Positions 44,985 through 53,627 of a stretch of 64,000 bases of DNA are shown in pieces. Each line of letters begins with the position of its first letter. Position 1 is the stretch's first letter. The stretch comes from an uncultured Planctomycetaceae bacterium. Lineage in GTDB: Bacteria > Planctomycetota > Planctomycetia > Planctomycetales > Planctomycetaceae. The notes under the pieces are model-generated. The model worked only from the letters and a program-made list of their open reading frames with translations, was not told the origin of the DNA and searched no databases. The DNA lies in assembly GCA_963815195.1 (NCBI GenBank), contig CAWFGE010000020.1, positions 384,001-448,000 on the forward strand, in the 5' to 3' direction. A program made the translations under genes and the position numbers.

Positions 44985-46793
44985 TTATGTCACGGCGCCG
45001 GTACGGTTGGGCTTTTCTTTTGATGGCGAATTGTTGGACGTTTCGGTGAATTGCAGTTCGTGCAGGTTGCGGTAAAGGCCGCCCTCGGCGAGGAGTTCCG
45101 CGTGCGTGCCTTGTTCGATGATCCGGCCGTTTTGCAGGACGAGGATACGATGGCAATGCCGGATCGTGGACAGTCGATGGGCGATGATCAACGCGGTCCG
45201 GCCTTCGAGCACTCGGCGGGTCGCAGCGGACAGGAGATGCTCGGTCGCGGGATCGACGGCGCTCGTGGCTTCGTCGAGGATCAGCAAATCCGGCTGGCCC
45301 GCGAGCGCCCGCGTGAAGGACAACAACTGCCTTTGCCCGACCGACAGGTTCGCCCCGCGCTCGGCGAGATCGGTGTTTTCGCCTTGGGGCAACTCGCGGA
45401 TGAAGCGGTCCGCCAGCGTGATTTCCTCAGCCTGTTTTAAGTCCTCCTCCGAAACCGTCCGGCCCATTGTGAGGTTCTCGCGGAGATTGCCGGGGAAGAG
45501 GTACAGATCTTGAAGCACCATCCCCAACCGCTGCCTCCATTCTTTCAAAGGCAGTTCGCGGAGGTCCACGCCGTCGATCGAAATCCGGCCCTCTTGCGGA
45601 TCGTAAAACCGCAACAGCAAACTCACGATGGTCGTTTTCCCGGAACCCGTCGGGCCCACGAGCGCCCAGTGCTCGCCCGCCGGCAGCGTGAAGGAAATCT
45701 CCTTGAGGACCCATTCGCCGTCCTCGGCGTAGCGGAACCAGACGTTCTCGAAACGAATCTCGTGCTTCAGCCCGGCGAATGATTTCGGAGCGTCGGGGTC
45801 GGGGACGGTGTCGGGTTCTTGCATTAACCTGAGCATGCGCTCGGCCGAGGCGAAGGCTTTTTGAATCGTCGCGAGCTGCTCGGCAAGGCGGTGCAGCGGA
45901 TCGAAAAACCGCCGAACGTAGCCCATGAACATCGCGAGGAGCCCGATCGTCACCGTGCCCGACAGCGCCCAATATCCGCCCACGCCCAGGATCAGGCACA
46001 AAGCCAACGTCTCCAAAACGAAGATCAGATTGAACCACACGATCACGTACCACTCGGCGAGGGCCTGGATGTCGTATTTGTGCTTCGTGAGTTCCTGCAA
46101 GCGGCTCGTCGCCCAGCGATGGCGGGCATACGCCTGGAGCAGCGGCACGGCTTGGATCAGTTCCGTCAATCGGCTGCTGATCACGGAGTTCTGCCCGCGG
46201 GCTTCGATGAACAGCGGCCGAAATCGGCGTTGGAAATACAGCGTGACGGCGATCATCAGCGGGACGACGCTCCCGGTGACAAGAGCCAGCCGCGGGCTGA
46301 ACCAGACCATCACCCCCGCCATGCCGATCATCATCAAGAAATCGCCCACGAGCATGACGACGGTGGTCGTAAACAGCATCCTGAGCGCCTGCGTGTCGCT
46401 TTCCAAGCGCGACAGAAGTTGCCCCGGCGTGGTGCGGTCGTGGAAGGCGATCGGCAGCGAAATCAGATGGAGAAACACCTGCCGGCGAAGGTCGGCCATC
46501 ACCCGCTGCCCGGCCCATTCCAGCCAGTTTCGCATGATGTAGAGCGTCACGAGATAGGTGACCTGCACGCCCACGAACAGGGCCACTGTGAGCTGCAAGC
46601 CGGGCACATCGGCCCGGGCGATGTTCTCGTCGATGGCCCGTTTGACGAGGATCGGCCCTTCCACAAGCAAGGCGGACGAAAGCACCAGCAGCAAAAACGC
46701 CCCGGCGAAATGGCCCCAATACGGCCGAAACAAAGGCCAGAGCCAAACCGCCAAAGTGCGATACGACAGCGTTCGTTTGGCTTCCGGCTCCAA
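44985..46793 (-). CDS. ABC exporter, fused permease/ATP-binding protein
   Basis: TMD followed by GPTGSGKT, LSVGQRQL, LILDEATS and IAHRLST. Confidence 0.93.
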   Translation of the reverse strand: MEPEAKRTLSYRTLAVWLWPLFRPYWGHFAGAFLLLVLSSALLVEGPILVKRAIDENIARADVPGLQLTVALFVGVQVTYLVTLYIMRNWLEWAGQRVMADLRRQVFLHLISLPIAFHDRTTPGQLLSRLESDTQALRMLFTTTVVMLVGDFLMMIGMAGVMVWFSPRLALVTGSVVPLMIAVTLYFQRRFRPLFIEARGQNSVISSRLTELIQAVPLLQAYARHRWATSRLQELTKHKYDIQALAEWYVIVWFNLIFVLETLALCLILGVGGYWALSGTVTIGLLAMFMGYVRRFFDPLHRLAEQLATIQKAFASAERMLRLMQEPDTVPDPDAPKSFAGLKHEIRFENVWFRYAEDGEWVLKEISFTLPAGEHWALVGPTGSGKTTIVSLLLRFYDPQEGRISIDGVDLRELPLKEWRQRLGMVLQDLYLFPGNLRENLTMGRTVSEEDLKQAEEITLADRFIRELPQGENTDLAERGANLSVGQRQLLSFTRALAGQPDLLILDEATSAVDPATEHLLSAATRRVLEGRTALIIAHRLSTIRHCHRILVLQNGRIIEQGTHAELLAEGGLYRNLHELQFTETSNNSPSKEKPNRTGAVT

Positions 46794-47006
46794 GGGGACG
46801 CCTCTGGCAAAAAGGAAACAGCAGATTCGGGCGCACGCCCGCTACAGATTGGGTTGTAATGAGGTCGAGGGGCGAAATTCAATCGGGTTCGGCGAATTTG
46901 CGATATTTTGCCGAGAAACGCATCTCATTAGCCGCAGGGGGGCACCGCCCGCCGGGTGGTCCGCCCCGGTTCTCGCCATCAATGTTCTCTCTCGGAACCG
47001 GGGCTA

Positions 47007-47474
47007 AATCACCGTGCGCAATTTTGCGCGTTTTCTGATCCAAATCCGAAGCACGAACTCCTCGTTTGAGCCGTTCCCGCTTTCGCGTAACTGTCAGCCG
47101 TCGCCCGCTGCATGAGCAACCGAGAGGTCGAACGCAAAAGGTTTTTAGGGCCGAAGGCCCGGCCCTATGTCAGCCCAGGACAAGCGCAGCGCCGTCCTGG
47201 GTTGCGGATGGTGAATGACACAAAAGCCCCACCGGGGCGGCCCTAATACAATCCGTGGCGAGATCGCTCATCCACGTTGTGTTCTCCACCAAGTATCGAA
47301 AAGCATGGCTGAAGGTATTGTGAATGGGGATTCATTTTGGGGCCGCCCCGGTGGGGCTTTTGCATTTTGTTCGTTCCCGTTCCCCAGGACTTCGTCCTGG
47401 GCTGACATAGGGCCGGACCTTCGGTCCTATTTCCGTCATTCATTTGGAATCGCGGAAAATTGCGCACGGTGATT
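47007..47474. mobile_element. 468-bp non-autonomous element with perfect 19-bp TIRs, inserted into a REP
   Basis: AATCACCGTGCGCAATTTT (47007-47025) / AAAATTGCGCACGGTGATT (47456-47474). The flanks rejoin to AACCGGGGCT-AGCGCCCTGCGGCTGATG. Confidence 0.82.
47246..47323 (+). pseudogene. N-terminal stub of an IS200/IS605-family (Y1/RAYT-like) transposase
   Basis: Translates IQSVARSLIHVVFSTKYRKAWLKVL*, resembling the TnpA N-terminal H-x-V-F-S-T-K-x-R motif. It lies between ~90-100-bp inverted repeats (47146-47243 / 47340-47429). Confidence 0.65.
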
Positions 47475-47687
47475 CAGCGCCCTGCGGCTGATGAAAGAAA
47501 ACCGGGGCGGACCATCCTGCGGGCGGTGCCCCCCTGCGGCTTATGAGAGAACCGGGGCTAGCGCCCTCTGGCTGATGAATATCGCATTTCGATCCATTCC
47601 ACGAGGACTGGAGATCTGCTATTCTTCCGGTTGGATGTTTCCTGCGAAACCCTTTCCACCATTGGTGATTTTTTGAAGAGAACAGAC

Positions 47688-48257
47688 ATGCCTCAGATTA
47701 GTATGGGCGATATAAAGAAGGGAATGAAAGTCCTGCTGGAAGGCGAGCCTTATGAGATTATCGAGTGCAACTTCCGCAAGCCGGGCAAAGGGCAGGCGAT
47801 GTACTCGACCAAGCTCCGCAACTTGATGAAGGGTACGATCCTCGACCGCACCTATCGCTCGGGCGACAGCCTGGAAAGCGCGGACGTGCACCGCAGTGAG
47901 GGGCAATACCTGTACCGCGATGCCCAGGGCTACATTTTTATGGACAACGAAAGCTTCGAACAGCACACGCTGCCCACGAACTCGGTGGCGGAGAAGGTCC
48001 GGTTTTTGAAGGAAGGCGACGTGTGCGGGATGCTGTACTGGAACGGGCAGCTCATCGATATGACCCCGCCGCAGCAGGTCGTTTTGGAAGTCACCTACAC
48101 CGAACCCGCGGCCAAGGGCAACACCGCGACCAACGTGACCAAACCCGCCACGGTGGAAACGGGAGCCGAGGTCCAGGTGCCCGCGTTTATTTCCCAGGGC
48201 GAGAAGATCAAAATCGACGTCGCCACCGGCAGCTACGTCGAACGCGCCCGCGATTAA
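47688..48257 (+). CDS. efp: Elongation factor P
   Basis: KPGKGQA loop, FMDNESFEQ, KPATVETG and TGSYVER motifs. Confidence 0.96.
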   Translation: MPQISMGDIKKGMKVLLEGEPYEIIECNFRKPGKGQAMYSTKLRNLMKGTILDRTYRSGDSLESADVHRSEGQYLYRDAQGYIFMDNESFEQHTLPTNSVAEKVRFLKEGDVCGMLYWNGQLIDMTPPQQVVLEVTYTEPAAKGNTATNVTKPATVETGAEVQVPAFISQGEKIKIDVATGSYVERARD

Positions 48258-48346
48258 ATCTTTTTGTTTCCGAGGTTCCAAATCAATTTTTGCCCGAAGT
48301 GCAACTTGTATTCATCGAGCCGCTTTTCGGGAATCGCGAAGCGATG

Positions 48347-48398
48347 GCAGCATCTAGCCTTGGGCGTAAGCCGGCTTACGCCCAAGCCTAGATGCTGT
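48347..48398. repeat. Near-perfect palindrome related to REP family A
   Basis: GCAGCATCTAG-CC-TTGGGCGTAAGCC|GGCTTACGCCCAA-GC-CTAGATGCTGT. Confidence 0.7.
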
Positions 48399-48458
48399 CG
48401 CCACTACGTGGCTATCGCAATGCAAAGTCTTAAATGTTCTTGCCGTTGAGGAGATACC

Positions 48459-49250
48459 ATGAAACCTGTGCCCCGATGTATCGTCTGCGTTTTGCTTCTG
48501 CTGTGGTTGATTCCGGCTGTCCAAGCGGAAGACAAAACCGCGGATGGCGAGTGGATCCAGCTTTTCAACGGCAAGAACATGGACGGCTGGATCCCGAAAA
48601 TTCGAGGCTACGCCGTCGGGGAGAATTTCGGGAACACCTTCCGCGTCGAAGACGGCGTGCTCAAGGTCGGTTACGATCAATACGACAAGTTCGACGAAAA
48701 GTTCGGGCATCTGTTCTATAAAGACACCTTCTCCCATTACGTTCTGCGGGCGGAATACCGGTTTACCGGGGAGCAATGTCCCGGCGGGCCGGGCTGGGCG
48801 ATTCGCAACAGCGGCTTGATGATCCACGGCCAAAGCCCCGAAAGCATGGGCAAGGACCAGAAATTTCCCGTGTCGATCGAAGTCCAACTCCTGGGAGGCT
48901 CCGGCTCCGGCAAACGCCCGACCGCGAACCTGTGCACGCCGGGCACGAACGTCGTCATGGACGGGGAACTCATCACCCGCCACTGCACCAGTTCCCGCTC
49001 GAAGACCTATCACGGCGACCAATGGGTCACGGTGGAAGTCGAGGTCCACGGCAGCGGGACCATCACGCACAAAGTCAACGGCGAAACCGTGCTCTCCTAC
49101 ACCAAGCCCCAACTCGACCCGAAGGACGCCGACGCCAAGAAACTCATCGTCGGCGACAAACTGCTGTTGGAAGGCGGCACGATCTCCCTTCAATCCGAAA
49201 GCCATCCCGTCGAGTTCCGCAAAGTGGAACTGAAAGTGTTGAAGGAATAA
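48459..49250 (+). CDS. DUF1080 (3-keto-disaccharide hydrolase-like) secreted protein
   Basis: Signal peptide, WIQLFNGKNMDGW, RNSG, IEVQL and GTISLQSESHPVEFRKV. Confidence 0.9.
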   Translation: MKPVPRCIVCVLLLLWLIPAVQAEDKTADGEWIQLFNGKNMDGWIPKIRGYAVGENFGNTFRVEDGVLKVGYDQYDKFDEKFGHLFYKDTFSHYVLRAEYRFTGEQCPGGPGWAIRNSGLMIHGQSPESMGKDQKFPVSIEVQLLGGSGSGKRPTANLCTPGTNVVMDGELITRHCTSSRSKTYHGDQWVTVEVEVHGSGTITHKVNGETVLSYTKPQLDPKDADAKKLIVGDKLLLEGGTISLQSESHPVEFRKVELKVLKE

Positions 49251-49295
49251 ACGGTCGCGAACGTTTCGGCGGCTGGAAGCCGCCGAAACGGAGCG

Positions 49296-50147
49296 TCACG
49301 GCAACTCGGGAATCGGCAATACGCCTTCGCGAAAGGCCGCGAACAAGCTGGCTGCGACCAGATCGGCCGTGGTGCCTGGGTTTCGGCGATGCTCGTCTGC
49401 TCGCAGCCAATCGTCGAGTTCCTTGAGTTTTTCTGCGGCCGGCGGACGATCGAGTGGTCCGCATTCTAAGACCGTCCGCGCACGCCGGGCGGATTCCGCG
49501 GCGACTTCCATTCCGCATTTTCTCGCAATGAGCGTGTCCGGATACTCCGCCATCAACCACAGATGGAGTTCGATGATCGCGGGTTCCCAATCCGCCAGAA
49601 AATCCCGCACACCCGCCAAGAACGGCAATCCGAATTCGAGCGTGATCGGAAAACCAGCCGCGTATTCCGAGGCGATGCGGTCCCGAGCCGCTGCAAGCTG
49701 CATCATCTCCACCAACGTGCCTGTCGGCTCCTCTGAGACATCGCCTTCCGCCACTTCGCCCAGGCCGCCAGCTTCCGCCAGCCGAATCGCCCGGTAAACC
49801 CAGCGGGCATCTTCGCGGGTCAATCCCGAAAGAACGCCTGCGATTCCGTCCGCCAATGATTGTTCCGCGGGCACAGCCGCCAACGGAGCCAGGAGCAACA
49901 GAATCCCCAGATTGCTGTTGCTGCCGACGTGTTCCCGCGTCGCCACCGTGGATCGATAAATCGCCGCCCCGACGCCTTCGGCTGTTGCCAGAATCGGCGC
50001 GGAAACCTCGGCCGACTTAATGAAATCCGCGTAAGTCAAATCCGCAAACGATGCTCCCGGATGCACGTTCCCCGGCTTCCGCGCGGCCGCTTCCAAGACG
50101 CACGCCGCGTGGATCCAGGCGGCCAATTGAGTTGAGTCACCGTTCAT
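49296..50147 (-). CDS. CitG-like triphosphoribosyl-dephospho-CoA synthase family protein
   Basis: LEAAARKPGNVHP, NSNLGILLLLAPL, PDTLIARKCG and NPGTTADL motifs. Confidence 0.85.
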   Translation of the reverse strand: MNGDSTQLAAWIHAACVLEAAARKPGNVHPGASFADLTYADFIKSAEVSAPILATAEGVGAAIYRSTVATREHVGSNSNLGILLLLAPLAAVPAEQSLADGIAGVLSGLTREDARWVYRAIRLAEAGGLGEVAEGDVSEEPTGTLVEMMQLAAARDRIASEYAAGFPITLEFGLPFLAGVRDFLADWEPAIIELHLWLMAEYPDTLIARKCGMEVAAESARRARTVLECGPLDRPPAAEKLKELDDWLRADEHRRNPGTTADLVAASLFAAFREGVLPIPELP

Positions 50148-50160
50148 CCGAATTGCCGAG

Positions 50161-50682
50161 ACAATTTCATTCGCGAAAGCAAAAAGCAACCCTATCGTTT
50201 CCCAGGTCTATTTGATAGACGTCGCCGCGGGAAAATCCAAGCGTCTCGGGAAACCGCTCGATACTGGGGATATTTCCTGGTTACCGAAAGGCGACGGCAT
50301 CGTATTGGTTTCCCGCGAAAATATGGAACCCGACAAACCTGCCATCGCCACGATTTGCCGCACGGATTTGACAGGGAAGCTCACGCCAATCCGCAGAGGC
50401 AACCGCCCGGTCGTTTTGGGGCCGCTCGAACGGATCCTGTTTGAAGACCAGGAAGCGGAGGAATGGAAAACCTGTAACTTCCAAGGCGAAATTGTGAAAC
50501 TCCTGGGGGATGGAATGAAGGGGTTTGGCTTCCCTACGCCGTCGCCCGACGGGAAGCGCCTTATGATGATGAAATTCGGCCGCCCGAATGGACCGCGCCC
50601 TTTCCTTGTCGAGATTGCGACGGGAAAGACAAAACCGTTGGAAGTCGGCCCGGGACTTTGGGGAAGACCGAACGGGCGGTGA
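50161..50682 (+). pseudogene. 5'-truncated TolB/PD40-like beta-propeller fragment
   Basis: Contains ISWLPKGDGIV and PTPSPDGKRL repeats. There is an in-frame stop at 50128-50130 and no ATG or signal peptide before the propeller blades. Confidence 0.5.
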
Positions 50683-50832
50683 GCCCCGATGCTTTCCAAT
50701 GAATGACCCTTGAATGAACGACCGATACGCGGCGGTTCCCTCGACGGGTTCGGACCGCATGGTTATTCTGGGACTCATCGAACAACTTGTCCCAAACGGT
50801 TTCCTTCATCATCTTCAACATGAAAGCTCACC

Positions 50833-51888
50833 ATGAAACTTTCCCAGTGGACCCTTGGACTTGCTTTGGCTTGTGGACTTGGCTTGATGTCATGCTCCTC
50901 GATGAACGTCCTGAACGCAGCGGAAAAAACTGAAACCAACGTCAAACTCCAGCCGAGCGACCGCGTGGTGTTCTTGGGCGATTCCATCACGCAAGCGGGA
51001 GCCAAGCCCGGCGGCTACGTCACGCTGGTCCGCGAAGCGCTCGCCAAAAATCCAAACACCAAAACCATCGAAGTTATCGGAGCCGGCATCAGCGGCAACA
51101 AGGTTCCCGACCTGGAAAATCGGCTCGAGCGAGACGTGCTCGGCAAAAAACCCACTATTGTGGTGATCTACATCGGCATCAACGATGTCTGGCATTGGAA
51201 CCGCAACCGCGGCACGAAAAAAGAGGATTTTAAGGCCGGCCTCGAACGGATCATCTCCCAAATCCAAAATGCCGGGGCGAAAGTCGTGCTGTGTACGCCC
51301 AGCGTCATCGGCGAAAAGACCGACGGGAGCAACGAGTTCGATTCGATGCTCGACGAATACTCCGCCATCAGCCGCAACGTCGCCAAGGAGCAGCACGTCC
51401 AATTGCTCGATCTGCGAAAAATCTTTGTCACCGAACTGAAAGACCGCAACAAAGACAACGCAACCCGCGGCGTGTTGACGGGCGACGGCGTGCACTTGAA
51501 CGCCGCCGGCAACCAGTTCGTCGCGGGGCAGATGCTCGCCGCTTTGGGAGTCAATCAACCCGCCGAGGAGAAAAAGCCCGGCAAGGTGCTCCGGCACGTG
51601 GTGCTGTTCAAGTTCAAAGACGACGCGACCAAGGAGCAAATTCAGGAAGTCGTGGATGCCTTCGCCGCGCTTCCCAAGAAGATCAAAGCGATCGAAGATT
51701 TCGAATGGGGCACGGATGTCAGCGTGGAAAACAAAGCCAAAGGGTTTACGCACGGATTCATCGTGACCTTCGCCGACACCGACGGCCGCGACACGTATCT
51801 ACCGCACCCCGCCCATAAAGAATTCGGCAAACTCGTCGGCCCCCGCGTGGCGGACGTGCTGGTCTTCGACTTCTGGGCGAAGAAGTAA
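50833..51888 (+). CDS. SGNH/GDSL hydrolase fused to a C-terminal Dabb (stress-responsive A/B barrel) domain
   Basis: FLGDSIT, GISGNK, IGINDV and DGVH, followed by LRHVVLFKFK...GFTHGF...YLPHPAH...DVLVFDF. Confidence 0.9.
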   Translation: MKLSQWTLGLALACGLGLMSCSSMNVLNAAEKTETNVKLQPSDRVVFLGDSITQAGAKPGGYVTLVREALAKNPNTKTIEVIGAGISGNKVPDLENRLERDVLGKKPTIVVIYIGINDVWHWNRNRGTKKEDFKAGLERIISQIQNAGAKVVLCTPSVIGEKTDGSNEFDSMLDEYSAISRNVAKEQHVQLLDLRKIFVTELKDRNKDNATRGVLTGDGVHLNAAGNQFVAGQMLAALGVNQPAEEKKPGKVLRHVVLFKFKDDATKEQIQEVVDAFAALPKKIKAIEDFEWGTDVSVENKAKGFTHGFIVTFADTDGRDTYLPHPAHKEFGKLVGPRVADVLVFDFWAKK

Positions 51889-51895
51889 TCGCAAA

Positions 51896-51960
51896 ATCAG
51901 CCGAAACGCGCTAGCGTCCGGTTGTTGCGGTGAACCGGGGCTAGCGCCCTGCGGCTAATC
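51896..51960. repeat. REPIN (REP family B doublet)
   Basis: ATCAGCCGAAACGCGCTAGCGTCCGGTT ... AACCGGGGCTAGCGCCCTGCGGCTAATC. Confidence 0.75.
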
Positions 51961-52029
51961 GGTCTGTCACAATGACGCCGGCTTGGGTGGCAGTGCCCTT
52001 CGTGCCTCAGGGCAATGCCACCCAATCTG

Positions 52030-53333
52030 TCACGACAATGCGGCAGTCTCCTGCAGCGCCTCCTTTGCGGCCGCGATGGTTTGATCGATCATCGCGTCCG
52101 TGTGGGCGGTGGAGACGAAATTGGCCTCGAACTGGCTGCACGGGAGGTAGATGCCGCGATCGAGCATCCCCCAAAAGTAGCGCGCGAATTGCCGGGTGTC
52201 GTTCTTGGCGGAGACGGTGTAGTTGACGACTTTTTCCGGATTGAAGAACAGCGTAAACATGCTGCCGACCTGGGCGGTTTGATGCGGGATGCCCGCTTCG
52301 GTCGCGGCTTCGCAGAGGCCCTTCACCAGCCGAAGGGTGCGGGCTTCGAGTGCTTCGTAGGGATTCAATTCTTGAAGTTCCTGCAAGGTAGCCAGGCCGC
52401 AGGCCATCGCCAACGGGTTGCCTGACAGCGTGCCCGCTTGATATACCGGACCGACCGGGGAGATGGAGTGCATCACCTCGGCCCGGCCGCCGTAGGCTCC
52501 GACGGGCATTCCGCCGCCCAGGATTTTTCCGAGCGTCGTCAAGTCGGGCATCACGCCGAACCGCTGTTGTGCGCCGCCCAAGGCCACGCGGAAGCCGGTC
52601 ATCACTTCATCGAAGATCAACAGCGCTCCATGCCGGGTGCACAGTTCGCGGGCGGTTTCCAGAAAGCCGGGCTCCGGGACGACGACGCCCATGTTCCCGA
52701 CGACGGGCTCCAGAATCACGCAGGCGATTTCGTCGCCTCGGGCCTGGAAGGTGTCGGCGAGTTGTTGGGGGTTATTGTATTCGAGGGCGATCGTGTCGGC
52801 GGTGCAGCCCGCGGGAACGCCCGGGCTCGAGGGCACGCCGTGGGTCAAAGCCCCGCTGCCCGCTTGGACGAGCAGGCTGTCCACATGCCCGTGATAGCAG
52901 CCGGCGAACTTGACGACGACGTCCCGCCCGGTATGCCCGCGAGCGAGGCGGATGGCGCTCATGGTGGCTTCCGTCCCGGAATTGACCATGCGAACCATTT
53001 CCACCGAAGGCACGAGTTCGACGACCAGTTCCGCCAGTTCGGTTTCGAGTTCTGTGGGTGCGCCGAAGCTCGTCCCGAGGGCCAATGTGTTTTCGACGGC
53101 GGAGAGCACCCTGCCGTGATGATGCCCCAGGATATGAGGCCCCCACGAGCCCACGTAGTCCAACAGCTCGTTGCCGTCGATGTCGTAGAGATGCGCCCCT
53201 TGGCCGCGTTTGATAACCAGCGGCTCGCGGCCGACGGCTCCGAAAGCGCGGGCGGGGCTGTTTACGCCGCCGGGAATGGTTCGGCTGGCTCGTCGAAAAT
53301 GTTCGATGCTTTTCTGCGCGGCAATTCCGGCAT
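52030..53333 (-). CDS. hemL: Glutamate-1-semialdehyde 2,1-aminomutase; frameshift near 53312
   Basis: IPGGVNSPARAF (in frame upstream of the listed ORF), DYVGSWGP, NSGTEATM, FDEVMTGFR, LGKILGGGMP and QAGTLSGNP. Confidence 0.95.
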
Positions 53334-53510
53334 GATTTCAAGGCTCCCTGCTTCGGTCCTCTCAGGTGGTGCGTCTTCGCCGATTGTAGGCCGGGAACCA
53401 AGGCCTTCGCAACGACAGGCAACCGGCGGGAACGCGCGGGCGTCTTTTGCCCTCGAACCGGGGCGGACCACCCTGCGGCGAATCGATGCGACACGTCTTC
53501 GAGGGACTTA

Positions 53511-53627
53511 GGCGTCCGAGAAATAAGTGTCCTCTATTCTTTGAGCGGCTGGCGCTAGCCGCCGGCTTTTCGCGTTCCACCAGCCGGTGGCTAGCGCCAT
53601 TCCGCTCAGTTATTTCTCGAATGACCC
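53511..53627 (-). mobile_element. Second copy of the TAA-duplicating MITE
   Basis: On the minus strand: TAA|GGGTCATTCGAGAAATAA...TTATTTCTCGGACGCC|TAA, with an interior nearly identical to 22577-22696. Confidence 0.8.

Larger units (their letters stand above)
46924..47578. repeat. Cluster of REP family B copies and variants
   Basis: Inverted pair at 46924-46972 / 47499-47548, a split copy at 46996-47006 + 47477-47493, and an intact copy at 47550-47577. Confidence 0.75.
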
